A DNA stretch of 63,650 nucleotides, counting the filler, from Reticulomyxa filosa (Eukaryota; Protista; Foraminifera): assembly GCA_000512085.1 (NCBI GenBank). It is 21 parts of 21 records of this genome, joined end to end, with 100 filler letters (N's around TTAATTAATTAA, not from the genome) between each part and the next. Parts side by side here need not be neighbours in the genome. Positions count along the whole stretch, not along the records: positions 13,072 to 15,425 come from ASPP01007503.1; positions 15,526 to 17,017 come from ASPP01021625.1; positions 17,118 to 19,419 come from ASPP01005529.1; positions 19,520 to 22,241 come from ASPP01035132.1; positions 22,342 to 23,357 come from ASPP01035886.1; positions 23,458 to 27,276 come from ASPP01029447.1; 15 more parts are not named here. One strand, written 5' to 3'. The notes under the pieces are model-generated. The model was not told the DNA's origin. It ran no database searches and worked only from the letters and a program-made list of their open reading frames with translations. Made by a program: the position numbers and the translations under genes. Below, piece by piece: positions 13,072-25,917 of this stretch (position 1 is its first letter; each line of letters opens with the position of its first letter).

Positions 13072-14139
13072 GGCAAAGAAGGAATCGATGGCCGCAAGCA
13101 CGGCCGTGTTTTCATCGGGGCTGCCCACGGTCAAGCGCAGGCAGTGTTGTAGCAACGGGTGGTAGCCATGCAGGTTTTTCACCAGAATGCCGGCCGCTTT
13201 CAGCGCGGCAAACAGCGCCGGAGCATCCGGCACCCGCACGGTGACAAAGTTGGCCTCGGACGGGAACACCGTGCACTCGGCACGCGCCGACAGCGCATCG
13301 GCCAGGCGGCTGCGCTCGGCGCGCAATTCGGCGGCCTGGGCGTCGAACACGTCCAGATGGCGCAGCGCAAACTTGGCGGCGGCCTGGGTCAGCACGTTCA
13401 CGTTGTACGGCGGGCGCACCTTGTCCAGTTGGCGATCACGTCCGGCGCGCCGGCGGCGTAACCCAGCCGCAGGCCGGCCAGGCCAATTTTGGACAGCGTG
13501 CGCATCACCACCAGCCGCGGGTGCTGGCCGGCCAGGTTCATGAAGGTATCGTCGGCAAACGCCTGGTAGGCTTCGTCCACACCACCAGACCGGGGGCAGC
13601 GTCGAGAATGGCTTCCACCTGCTGGCGGGCAAAACGCGGGCCGGTGGGGTTATTGGGGTAGGACACGAACACGACCGCCGGCTGATGCGCGGCGATGGCG
13701 GCCAACGTAGCGGTGAGGTCCAGCGAGAAATCGTCGTTCAGCGGCACACCGACGTAACGCATGCGCGACAGCTGCGCGTTCATGCGGTACATCACGAAGG
13801 AAGGCTCCAGCGCCAGCACCACGCTATCGGCCGGCAGCGCCTGGGTCAGCAGGGTGATCAGCTCGTCGGAGCCGTTGCCCAGCACCACGTCGGCGGCGGC
13901 GGGGATGGCAAAGGCGGCTTTCAGCGCGTCCTTCAGGCCATCGCCGTGCGGGTCGGGTAACGGTTCAGCGCCACCTCGGCCAGTGTCTGGCCCAGCTCGG
14001 CGCGCAAGGCTTCGGGGAGTCGGTACGGGTTTTCCATCGCATCGAGCTTCAGATAGCCCGTTGCGTCGGCAACGTGATAGGCCTGCATGGCCAGAACATC
14101 GGGGCGGAACCACTGCTGTATAGACATTTTGCTCGACAT
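13072..14139 (-). CDS. hisC: Histidinol-phosphate aminotransferase (three apparent frameshifts at ~13955, ~13580, ~13430; stop lies beyond the contig end)
   Basis: [71 protein letters not shown] distributed over consecutive frames. Confidence 0.93.
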
Positions 14140-14231
14140 TTCAATACCGGCGGGGCCGGTTGGAACTGCCGGCAAAGCCCGACGCAATCAATTCACAGAG
14201 CCACCATCCTAACCCGATTCGGCGCGGGCGG

Positions 14232-15209
14232 CTACTCGATCAGACGCACCTGGCCGGCCCACGCCGGCGGCAGCTGCAGGCCGAATCGCTGCAGCGCACC
14301 ACGGCTGAACAGTAACTGCCCGCTGCCGCCGTTGAGCGGAAACAAACTGCCCGGCTGGCGACGCTGGAACAGGATTTGTTGCACCAGCCCGGCTGCCAGC
14401 CGCCCCTGGTCGCGACCGGACAGCACCAGCCCACCCACGGCCTTGTCCGCCCCCACGGCGAAATCCCAGAACGCAAACAGCGGCAGCGTGCTGTTGGCCG
14501 CGGTCCAGGCAATGACCTCGCTATCCGGCACCACCTTGCCGTTGGCGTCACGCAGCGTCTGGTACAGGCCGGTCCAGATCGCCTGATAGCGGCCTGGCGC
14601 CTGGCTGACCTGCCGCTGCCAGTCGGCATAGTCGATGGCGCGCACCAGATCGATCTGCACCTTGCCGTCCTGCAGGCTACTGGCCCGGCCGAACAGCTCT
14701 TCCTGGATCACCTCCGAGGTCAGGTCGTTATCGAACAACAGCAACACGCGCTGTATGCCCGGCACCAGCTGGCGCATCAGGCTGACGTTACGCCGCACCA
14801 GCGGCCGCTCCAGCACGCCGGTGACGTTGGCCGCGTGTTCCTGCAAGTAATGGCGCGGGTTCTGGTTGATGCCGAGGTACACCACCGGCGTTTTACTGCC
14901 GGCCAGCCGGGCGCCCACAAAGCGCAGCGCGGCGTCGTCGGCTACCAGTACCAGGTCGGGCTGCAGGCGCTGGATCTGCACCAGAATCTGCGCGGCACGC
15001 GGCTCCAGCGTGTCGCGCGGCTGACGCTTGCTGTCCAGCTCGGCGTAAAGGAAACGCACCTTGCCGCCCAGGCTGGCCATCAAGCTACTGCGCCACGCTT
15101 GGCTCCAGGCATAGCCGGCATGGTAACTGTCTACCAGCATGACGCTGGGTGTCGCCTGGGCCCAGGCAAAAAGAAAGGCCAGACAGAGTCCGGCCAGATG
15201 GCGTGTCAT
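14232..15209 (-). CDS. Periplasmic ABC-type substrate-binding/sensory protein
   Basis: Signal peptide ending AWAQA; DSYHAGYAWS, ADDAAL, PVVYLGIN, NVTGVLE, GGLVLSGRDQG motifs typical of ABC_sub_bind-like proteins. Confidence 0.75.
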   Translation of the reverse strand: MTRHLAGLCLAFLFAWAQATPSVMLVDSYHAGYAWSQAWRSSLMASLGGKVRFLYAELDSKRQPRDTLEPRAAQILVQIQRLQPDLVLVADDAALRFVGARLAGSKTPVVYLGINQNPRHYLQEHAANVTGVLERPLVRRNVSLMRQLVPGIQRVLLLFDNDLTSEVIQEELFGRASSLQDGKVQIDLVRAIDYADWQRQVSQAPGRYQAIWTGLYQTLRDANGKVVPDSEVIAWTAANSTLPLFAFWDFAVGADKAVGGLVLSGRDQGRLAAGLVQQILFQRRQPGSLFPLNGGSGQLLFSRGALQRFGLQLPPAWAGQVRLIE

Positions 15210-15258
15210 CGGCGTGTCGCTCCTTGTGCTTTGGAGCGTAGGCCAGTTTCGTAAGTTT

Positions 15259-15425
15259 TCATTCGTCCAGGCGCAATTCAGCGGCGCGGGCGTGCGCAGT
15301 CAAACCCTGCCATGCGCCAGGATGCTGGCGATCTTGCCCAGCTTCTGCGCGCCGGCGTGCGACACGCGGATCAGGCTGCTGCGCTTCTGGAAGTCGTACA
15401 CCCCCAGCGGGCTGGCAAAACGCGC
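15259..15425 (-). CDS. hisD: Histidinol dehydrogenase C-terminus (partial; 1-nt frameshift)
   Basis: Manual translation [19 protein letters not shown]...LAHG[E][15 protein letters not shown]. Confidence 0.9.
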
Positions 15426-16745
15426 NNNNNNNNNNNNNNNNNNNNNNNNNNNNNNNNNNNNNNNNNNNNTTAATTAATTAANNNNNNNNNNNNNNNNNNN
15501 NNNNNNNNNNNNNNNNNNNNNNNNNCTATTTTGCTTTATTCAAAGCAAGGAAAATATAACTTTACAATGTTTTTTTTCTGTTAGTAGACTATTAAAAGAA
15601 AGGAGAACACGTTCAAAATATTTTTACTACAGGAATGGACACAGTTGGAAATCTCTCTTTTGTCAAATATTTTCTTAAAGCAAAGGGAATAAGATAGATT
15701 GGAATATACACTAATAATTACTTATAAAATCAGTAATCAACTCTGATATTTTTTTTTATTATAACAAAGATACAGGTCAAGAGGTTGTATAATACGTCGA
15801 TAAGTTTAAAAGACAACCAAGTTTTTGTTTTGTGTGTTGTTTGTCTCAAAGGATTGTCTATGAAGTCAATTAATATTCAACAACTTGTTGGCGTTTTTTT
15901 GAACAATCCTCTGTGTATTTGTACGAGATCTTAGCCTTACGTATGGGCAGGAAATAAAGTATGTGTTAAACATTCGCCTATCAAACACTGAATTTTGAGT
16001 AAATCGGATCAATAATTCCAAAAAAATTTGAAGAAAGAAGTACGCTTTTGTAAGTTCACTTCAGTGACCTTTTCGAACGCGTCCCTTATGTCCAAAGAGT
16101 CTAAAGAGTTCATTGCTCAACACTTGGTCCATTTGCAATGGTTCTGGAAGTGGTGCGACTACCTCTGCAGCATTTTGCACTATTTTGGCGAACGACAGAT
16201 TGGCAAGACGTTATAATCTTTGATATCGAAAATTATAACACCAGCAAATTTGAAAAAAAAATGTTATCAGAATTGATACCTTTGTAATGTTTTGGACGTT
16301 TGAACAGCATATAAACAATTAGTCTTGTCAAATAGTGAAAATTCAATGTTACAAACACTATCAATGTGTTCATTGTATAATCTCAATCGTGTATTATTTG
16401 TATTATCCAAAATGTATTGTTTTTTTGTCTTTTTGAAGAATAAATGATATCACGATAATTGTTATAATATGATATGATGAACAATTTTTTTGTTAAATTG
16501 ATAAGAATGCCAAACTATCTTGAAGGGACAATAAATGAAATTAGTGCTATTGGTTCGCAAATCATGCATTGGTGACTTTATCTTCAAAAATATTTCTAAT
16601 GTTACAATTATGTGAAGATATATTTTTATTTTTTTTGTTGGTTATAAAATGCAAATATTCTTTAACAAAATATTTATAAATGGTAAATTTGATGAAAATA
16701 AAATAATGTATTGATCTTTTTTTTTTTTAAAAAAAAAAGATATCA

Positions 16746-16905
16746 TTGAATGAACAATCCCCATTTCCTGCAATTCGCAAAGTAGAGTTTTGCATGATCC
16801 GTGGGGCAAGTGGTGGAAAGACCACACTGTTAAATTTATTGGGAACATTGGACTACCCAAGTTCGGGGACGATTGAAATTTTGGGTTCCGTTGTAAATAA
16901 GGACG
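16746..16905 (+). CDS. Exon of a LolD/MacB-like (ABCH-type) ABC ATPase, partial and possibly degenerate
   Basis: MIRGASGGKTTLLNLLGTLDYPSSGTIEILG; the Walker A is one residue short of GxSGxGKT. Confidence 0.6.
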
Positions 16906-17123
16906 TTAAGTGTATCAACATGTTTGATAGTTTTGTCTTAGGCAATGGAAGGGGTATGATATATATATGTATGTGTGTGTGTTTAATTGATGAAATAGTC
17001 TTCAGATCGTTATTTGGNNNNNNNNNNNNNNNNNNNNNNNNNNNNNNNNNNNNNNNNNNNNTTAATTAATTAANNNNNNNNNNNNNNNNNNNNNNNNNNN
17101 NNNNNNNNNNNNNNNNNTGTGTG

Positions 17124-17154
<31 letters not shown>

Positions 17155-17234
17155 TTTTTAAAAAAAAATTTGTGATACGTTTTGCCTTTTTTTTTTTTTT
17201 TGTTTCCTCTCTTCAAAACGGGGAAACTTCATAG

Positions 17235-18013
17235 GGGAAAGATCCGGTAACGGATTTTCGTGGTATGGGCGAGCATGCATTAAATGTATGCACGTTTTTT
17301 GCGTAATGGATTTTTGTACATATACATATTTATATACACATATATATATATAATTTTTTATCAAATCCATAAAATGAACGTGCACCGTTGTGTTGCTTGG
17401 TGTTTAGTGTATGCTATATTTTGGCCAACACTATCCAGATCACTGCCATGTCATATTCGCCAAAGAGAAAAGCGAAGACAACTACTATCCTGTTTGCACA
17501 TCATTCATTAACTTGGTCAATTTGTTGTGCGAATTAACAAATGCATCCAAAGGTAACATCACATATGCAACACCCTTTTTTTAAATCGCTCTTTTGTTTC
17601 TTCGTTCCTATCTCACTTAAATTACATTCTTTTTAAACTACAAAGCGACATATTAATTGGTGATGTGGTAACTTGGGGAATGTGTAGTTAATGAATTGCA
17701 TATGAATGAGCAAACACCTCTATTCAAGTTATTCTGGACTGCGCCCATAGAATCAAAGCCATTTGAAGAATTATTTTGTGTGTTGGCGCGAACATTTGAC
17801 AATGCATGGCGTTTTACCAAATGCTCGTATATGGAATTTCGCTTCCTTTATAATGCATTTCGCGATCGAATTGAATTTTTGATTCAAAAGGAACCTTTAT
17901 CATTGTCACTGCTAATTGAATGGATCGAAACCGATCCTTATATTTTTGAATATAAAGTTGCAGATATCAACAAACTTGACCTAATTAATTCCAATTCTTC
18001 TTTTCTAGGTTAG
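17235..18013 (+). CDS. ELMO/CED-12 domain protein, C-terminal exons
   Basis: Manual translation GKDPVTDFRGMGEHAL (17235), MLYFGQHYP...YYPVCTSFINL, FEELFC...FDNAWRFTKCSYMEF; GT-AG introns. Confidence 0.8.
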
Positions 18014-18695
18014 TGACAATACTTTTTTTCCTCTATGCATTTGATTAGGAGAAAGAAATAAAGAAAAGTGATGATATTAACTATTTTGATCATCGCTTTG
18101 TTGTCCCCTTCTTTCATTTGCTCTCATGCACGACGCAAACGTCAATTTTTTTCTCCCTCGCCAATTGTAATCACTAAAATGTAATGTTCATTTTTCATAC
18201 TCCAAAAAAGTGTTTGTGTTAAGAATAGTACGTCTATTTTTTTTTTTGGAGGGAGTAGACAGATTTTTAAAATTCTTGTTTTCTTTCCAGATGTGCCCTT
18301 TTTTTTCGTTCGAGGTTTTGGGGTGGTTTTTGTTCAATTGACCTTACGAGTTCCTTTTTTTAACAGAAAAGCCAACACCTCATTTTAAAAAAAAGTATTA
18401 TAACATTTCAGATCTTTTGAACCAGGGCAATTCAAAATTGCACACAAACTTTTCAATTCAAAAAAGAAAACACATCAAAAGAACAAAAAAAGACATCACA
18501 ATTTTCCCCTTCCAAACTAGGCTAATTTTTTTGAAAAATAAGGACTGCAGTGTCATTTGCTGCATCTCCAAAAAACAAAAATTCAGAACAAAGATGCCTA
18601 CAAGAGACATTTAAAACGTATTTTTTTTTGTTCGATAGGTATCTACAAAAAACAGAAAAAAAATATCAACCTATGAATGAGCTTGATTAAGCACT

Positions 18696-19325
18696 TCATC
18701 CGGGCTGTTTTGAATTGGAAGATTGATCTGTCATTTGAATGTGTGTAGAGAGTCTTCGTATGTCATCTGCCAATTGCGAATTACCACTAAACATATGTTC
18801 TCGCATTCCAATTCGAAATTCCTCCAAGCTGACCTTTCCATCTCTGTTGGTATCAACTTCGGCCACTATTTTTTGTATTTCATCATCGTCCAAAGTGCCG
18901 TTAAATGCCTTGGCGATTTCGTCAGCTGTTATCTGTCCGTCATTATTCAAGTCCAGTGCTGCAAACAAACAAACAAGGTGCTTTCATAATGAAATGATTC
19001 CACAAAGATGAAGAAAGAGAGTGAAAACATATTAACACATTACCTCGGAATTGCTTTTCAATAAAGTTTTCGTCTGTGGATAATCTCCAAGATGCCCCAC
19101 TTGTCATAAATTCATTCAAATCAATAACCCCATCCCCATCGCGATCTAGTATCTTCATTAATTCATCTGTCCTTTTTTTGACCTCTTGTGCGGACAGCCC
19201 TGTCCTTCTTAAAAACTTACTCAATTCCGACCTGTCCAATACTCCATCACCATTTTCGTCCAGTTCTCGGAAGGCCGATACAATCACATTTCTTTCTTCC
19301 CGTGTTAATTCTTCCACCAATTGAC
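18696..19325 (-). CDS. Four-EF-hand calmodulin-like domain, probably the C-terminus of a calcium-dependent protein kinase (partial)
   Basis: DENGDGVLDRSE, DRDGDGVIDLNE, DLNNDGQITADE, DTNRDGKVSLEE; one intron at ~19043-18960. Confidence 0.85.
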
Positions 19326-20579
19326 TTTAACGCTCCGTCCCAATTACAAAAAGAAACAAAGGCAAAATGAGAAGAAAAAAAAAACAAATGGCATAGACAA
19401 AAAAAAAAAAAAAAAAAAANNNNNNNNNNNNNNNNNNNNNNNNNNNNNNNNNNNNNNNNNNNNTTAATTAATTAANNNNNNNNNNNNNNNNNNNNNNNNN
19501 NNNNNNNNNNNNNNNNNNNTATGCCACCAATACATTGACACCGACCATCTCGCATTGCAACAAACTTCAATCAACATATGATCCAGCTCCTACGACAACA
19601 TTCACATACACAATGCAAATCGTTATTGGAATTTGGGAATAATTTGGATTTTCGCTTATAACATCCAAACTTATCAATTGCAGCATTCAATCAAAATGTG
19701 ACCTATGTGGTCTTGCCAAGTAATTTTGTATTTTATTTTATTTATTTGTTGTGATAATAATATAAATTATTTGTTTGTATATTAATTGAATAGGTTGAAT
19801 GCATAAGGAGCTCGGTGACTGTACAAGTGATTGCTGAAATGGAAAACAGCACACAATGAATGGATATATGTCTGCTGGCGGTTGTGGTGATGCAAGCGAG
19901 ATGGAGAATGTAATATCTTTTGTGTTTTGTTTATGTGACTTTTACCTATATTATATGTGTTGTGTACAATAGGCCACACAACATGAATCAAAGAAAAAAG
20001 AATACGGGGTAGAACCACCCCGTCTCCGAAAGGAGAAATAACAGTTTGTTACATATATCTTTTTTTTAAATATATTTAAATGATTGTGTGTTGTTGTGAC
20101 ATAGGTTCCTCCGTCCATCAAAGAGCGTTACCATATGTGTCCCCCTCCCATCACACAAAGAAAAAAAAAGAATAAGGGGTTGAAATTACCCCGTATCCTC
20201 AAAGAGGAATAACGGTATGTAATGTTTATGTATATTTATGTGATGTATATATCATTTTGTTATATAATTGTTGTGTTTGTTATCAATAGTTTCCCCCTTC
20301 AAGAAAAACATACATGTATATACTTTTTTATATTTGTTCATTTGTCCCCCCCCATTACAAAAACAAAAAAAGGTTGTCAGTGTTTACAGGAAAAAAAGAA
20401 ATCGAAGTTGGAGATTCTATTTCAATTTAATAGTTATAAATATATATTTTTTTGTATATATAAAAAATTATAAAATTAACTTTGTTTGTATGTGTGCATA
20501 TAGGTCCAGCGCACAAAATAAATTTGTATTTATTTTTTAAATGTGGATTGGAGAAAAAGTAGGGTAGATGAATAATAGG

Positions 20580-20820
20580 GTGTGGAGAAAAAAAAAGAAA
20601 ATGAAGTAATAAAAAAAAAAAGGAGAAGTAGAAAAAAAGTATTAATAAGAAAAATGAAAAAAAAAAAAATGGACATTGAAAAAGAAAAATAGAAAAAAGG
20701 AAAAAAAGAAAAGAAAAAAAAAGAGATAATAAAAAGGAAAAAGAGAAAAAAAAAAGAAAAAGAAACATCTTTGAAAGGAAAAAAAAATGAAAAAGAAAAT
20801 AATAATAGAAAAAGAAAAAT
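20580..20820. repeat. A/G-rich low-complexity tract
   Basis: Runs of A interrupted by G. Confidence 0.8.
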
Positions 20821-22341
20821 TATGTTTGAAATTTTTATTTTTTTATTTTATATTGATGATATCCCGTGTGGGACAGTTAAGTAAATTTTTTTTCTTTGTA
20901 TGTGTTTGTTAAAAAAATCAAATGCGAAAATATACTTATACATTATATAAATGATATTCAGATTGTATTGGCATATCACCAGCATCAGAACGACGTAAAA
21001 AAAGATTCAAAATGACAAGCAGCAACCAAACGCGAAGGAAAGACAGCTTTATTTGAATGTATGTGCTACTTTTATCATATCTTCAGTTGTTGTGATGTGT
21101 TTTAACCAAAATAATGTGGATATGGATCATTTCATTGTAGGATGATTTATCTTAGGTTTGGAATGAAAGAGAGAAAGAGGAAGAAGAACAAGAAAGAGTA
21201 GATTAAGTGAAGGGAAAAGAAAAAGAAAGAGAAATTAAGTGAAGGGAAAAGAAAAAGAAAGATCAATAGTATCGTGGATTATTTTCAGAAATATGAACAT
21301 ATCAAGAGAAGGAATGAGACAATGTGAATGAAACATGGTGGAACAATAAATCCCTTAAATATTCGTTTTATGAAAAATATGAGCGGTTATGGATGATATT
21401 TATAAAGCGAAACACAAGTGACAATGAATTATCATGTAATTGTAATCACGCAATTTAATTTTTTTTTCAATGTAAAAAAAACTATTGTTATCGTCGTCAA
21501 GTAAGATTGGAAGTAAATAATTTGCTTTATTTATTCGAATGCCTTTGAGAGATTATTAAAGTTAAAAGAACATTGATTATTTTTTGTCTTTTTTTCCTAA
21601 ACAATTTGAATTAATTTATTTTTTGTCGTTTTTGTTTTTACAGCAACTGGAATACGAAAGTCCACAGGCGGTGGTGGAATCTGCAGATGAAGAAGAACAA
21701 AAACAAGACACGTGCAAACAACACAAAAAACTAATGTACTGACTCTTCCATGATAAATTGCAGCAACGCCGAATAGTACCAATGCGAAAGGTACACGAAG
21801 AAGTTAGATTGTGAGACAATTACGGTCCATCTATAATATTGGGAATACAATGTTCAATCGGCCAAACACAAACTGTGAATCTTTTCCAAGGCAGCATGTA
21901 AGTCAAGAAATAATGATCATTCCCGCAATGCGTCTCGTCCTTGCGATAATAAAAATGAATGACGATTTGCGTTCGGAAGGATCACTCCATTAGCAAAATA
22001 GTCACAGTAAATACGAACACGATATATCATTCTATGTCGAAGCAATGTTCCTCCATCCGTACTCGAGACAAAGCTGCAGCTCAACACATTCAACAATAAC
22101 AAAATTATTATATTTAATGCGAATAAAAACAAGGCCACAAATACTACCTTCTAATCGATTTTAATGCATTTCGTTGCAATTGTCGTCATTGGGTAATTGA
22201 GATGACATCGATGTCATGGTCTAGCCTTGGAGCCACTGTTGNNNNNNNNNNNNNNNNNNNNNNNNNNNNNNNNNNNNNNNNNNNNTTAATTAATTAANNN
22301 NNNNNNNNNNNNNNNNNNNNNNNNNNNNNNNNNNNNNNNNN

Positions 22342-23357
22342 ATAATGAATACAAATGATACTCTTTCACGAATTGCATCCATACTTTCCTTGCTAATATG
22401 TTTGCCTTGTAAGGCTTGCAAAATGATCTCCTTTTCATTTTTTATATTATAAACCTTTGGAAACAGGAATAGGCAGTTTGGGATCATATTTATAATTATT
22501 CCATAATATTTCTTCCAAATGACGACAAAATATACTTTTTCCTGATCCTAATTTTCCTTGTATTATCATTACTTTTTTTTTTGTTCATATTTTTTTTCTT
22601 ATAATGCTTCTTTTCCCTCTAAAAATTTAATGATATGTTGATAACAATCAAATGTATCACTTTTTTCATTATCGTTACCATCTACATATGGATATGTATT
22701 TGCTTGTAATGGAATATACGTTTCCAGCGCTTGTGCTATGGCAATATCTTCTTCCATTTCTTGTTTCCTTGTTTCTTGCAATAATAATGCAAAATCAGCA
22801 CAGCTTGCTGGATTTTTATCTCCAATGATGTATCTTTTATAATATTCATACAAAATCACATAAATGGCCTTTCCTTTCACTTTCTCTGGAGTGAATTCAC
22901 ATAGTTGATCATATACAAATTGTGCCATTTTCAATGATACGTCATTATTATTAATTTCTAATCCATTTTTGGACAGTTGTGGTGGTTTCAATATTCCAAT
23001 ATCCAAATGTGATTTATAACGATTTGCTAATTTTTGTATTCCTTTGTCATCAATCCATTCACAAATAACATCATTAATTTTTGTTAAAGTTTCATCACTT
23101 GCTTGCTTTAAATCTTCTTCTTCTTCTTCTCCTGCTGAATTTTTTTTTGGTTTCCATGCTCGAATATGTTCATAGAATAAATGGCTTAATTTTGGGTTCT
23201 CAATTACTGTGTATCCTTCTAATGTCGTAAAATTTTTTAGAGTTGCTTGCATCTCCACATATACATCATGTTTTGGAACAAACAATTTAATATTGTGAAA
23301 TCTGTGATGTGTTTTTGATTGTCGTTCAAAAAAGTCTTTATCTTCAGATACAATCAA
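22342..23357 (-). pseudogene. Disrupted paralog of the RelA/SpoT-like + NACHT gene
   Basis: Collinear with the 52629-54693 protein; TAA at 22599-22601 where the paralog has GAA; 11-nt deletion at ~22463; Walker A remnant GKLGSGKS. Confidence 0.75.
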
Positions 23358-25917
23358 NNNNNNNNNNNNNNNNNNNNNNNNNNNNNNNNNNNNNNNNNNN
23401 NTTAATTAATTAANNNNNNNNNNNNNNNNNNNNNNNNNNNNNNNNNNNNNNNNNNNNTTACCTTTTCTTTTTCGCTTTTCCCTTCCTTTGCTTTTTTTTA
23501 AAATTGGAATACTCAGCCATTATAATAAATTGCAATGTCGTCATAATCTGATTGTTGATGAACTTGAAATTTTTTTTTTTTTTTATGATATGTTTTTTGT
23601 GCAAATTTGATGACTGTTATTTCATGTGAAAGGGGTTTATTTATGTTATGTTTTGTTTTATTTCTTTTGTTATTGCTAACATATTTATCATTAATCTTTA
23701 TCGTGTTTACAAAAAGACATCAAAGTGCATTTATTGCTTTCTTTGTTGTCTGTCAAACTTTGAAAGTGTATCGAAGTTTGTCTTTCATGAAATTTTGTGT
23801 TGTAATTCGGTTATCCATACTGTTAATGTTGAGTATTTTAACCTTCCTCTTAAAAAAAAAGGTGTGTGAATAGCCTTTTGAAAACGAAAAAGCAAATTCA
23901 AGCGTTAAATTAATGTCTTTTTCTTTTTTTATGGAAAGATATATTTATTATTTAGTGACTAAATAAAATACAAATTACTTCTTATTTTCCAAGAACTAGT
24001 CAATACACTTGATGCAGAATTAAAGTAACATTTTCTTTCTTTGCGATGCATTCTTTTATTGGTTAATGAAACAAAAATTTAATAATTGAATGAAAAACTG
24101 ATCGGTCACATCGTAATCTCTTTTTTATTGCTAACAAAAAATTAATAAAAACTTTTGTCATGCAGGCGACATGAATCATAGCATCAAACTAATAAGCAAA
24201 AATAATCATCTTCCATTGAAAATGTGTCCATTATGTAATTCTTTTACTTGAATAATTTTATATGCAAACAGTGTATCTATTTCGCAGCGTCAAAAGAAAT
24301 CTTTGTTCTTTTTTTTCTTCATTTTTCAATTTTTGTGAATTATACAGTAGTTTGCAAAAAAGACCGTACACCAAAAAAAAATGGGGCTTTCTTAGTATTT
24401 GACTTGTATATCTTTATTGAAAAGGGCTAAAGTAAAAATAATTTTATAATACATAGAACAAATCACATATTTCCTCTATGTTATACTATCTTATCTCTTG
24501 CATTTATTTGAAAGGTTATACATTCAATTTTTTATCTGGTTTTTAAGTATGCCTTTTTCTCCAAACAGTAAACACTGTGTCATGTAATGAAGAGAATTAC
24601 AAACATTGAAAAAACCTTCGAATTGGATTTTAGTTCATTGTTTCAAAAGAGGATGGATCGATGATTTTAATCAAATTATTTTTAAATACAGTAGATGAAA
24701 GAAATTTTGAAGGATTAGAATTATTTTCAAATTATATCAAATAACAAATAATAAATTCTTTAATTCATTTTTTGAGTTTTTTCATTCTTTTTTTTTTTTA
24801 AAAACTTTGTTAAGTTGAAAAAAAAAGGCTTCATCAAAGAGGTTGGTCATGCAATCTTCCAAGATATGCTCATATCAAATATTTTCTACATTACTCGAAC
24901 TAATTACTGCATAGCAAAACATGTTTGTTTTTGTATAATTTAACAAAAACAATGCAAAAAAATTGTGAATGCCGTGTACTTGAAATCATAAATATCATCA
25001 AAAAAATAAATAAATAAGTTGTCATATGTCAAATTTACTGATGTAATAACTGACACAAAAACCACCAAAAAATCATTTAAACGTTTACATTATAATTTCA
25101 TTTATAAATAAAAATTAAGTTAAACAATATTTTGTATTCATGTCTTTCTTTCTTCTATTGTATTTTGATATTTCATTTATTTAAAATCTTTTTATATATA
25201 TCACTGGGTGCAATTTTGAGTGACTAATTGAAAACTAAAATAGTCACATACAAACATAAAATATTTGCCACCTTGCAAATATGTTTCATATAAAAGAGCT
25301 GAAATTAACAACACAAGTTTTCACTCCAAAATAAAACATGGTTTAGTTCTTATGAAAGGCAAATTGGATGTTGATAAAGGGATTAACCATAATACAATTA
25401 TTTATGAGTTTAAATAATGGCCGGAATGAAATTGAATTGAGACAAAAAAAAAAGATAAACTTCTCAACAATCGACATCTATATTCTGCCTCTTTCTAGGT
25501 GTTGTATTTCAATAACAAATCAACCTTGATTTTAGTTTGTTATCTAAAGTGAGAAATGGCATGTGATATATGTTTATCATATCAAATTATATTTACATGC
25601 AACATGATATTTAAAAATTGTCATTTATTATTAGCTACATTAAGATGAAGTTGAAAGTTAGTTTTTTTGCAACCATATTCTGTTTTATGAAAACCAAACA
25701 AAATAATAGACGTAGAAGGAGAGACATTGTTTTCAAATTTCTTCAAAAATGCTCATTTATTGTTATAAATTAACATTAAAAAAGAATTACAAATAATTTT
25801 AATCAAAATTCAACAAACATCAACGAAACATTCAAATTTGAAATCTATCATTATCTCTTTTTTAACTAAAAGGTTCGCAAAGTTCAAGTATAAAAATTGA
25901 TATAAAAAATAACAACA

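Noticed and set aside
13072-15425. Horizontal transfer of bacterial his genes, or the other bacterial contigs, into the eukaryote
   Set aside because: Each bacterial segment is a separate contig with no junction to eukaryotic DNA; co-sequenced bacteria are the simpler explanation.
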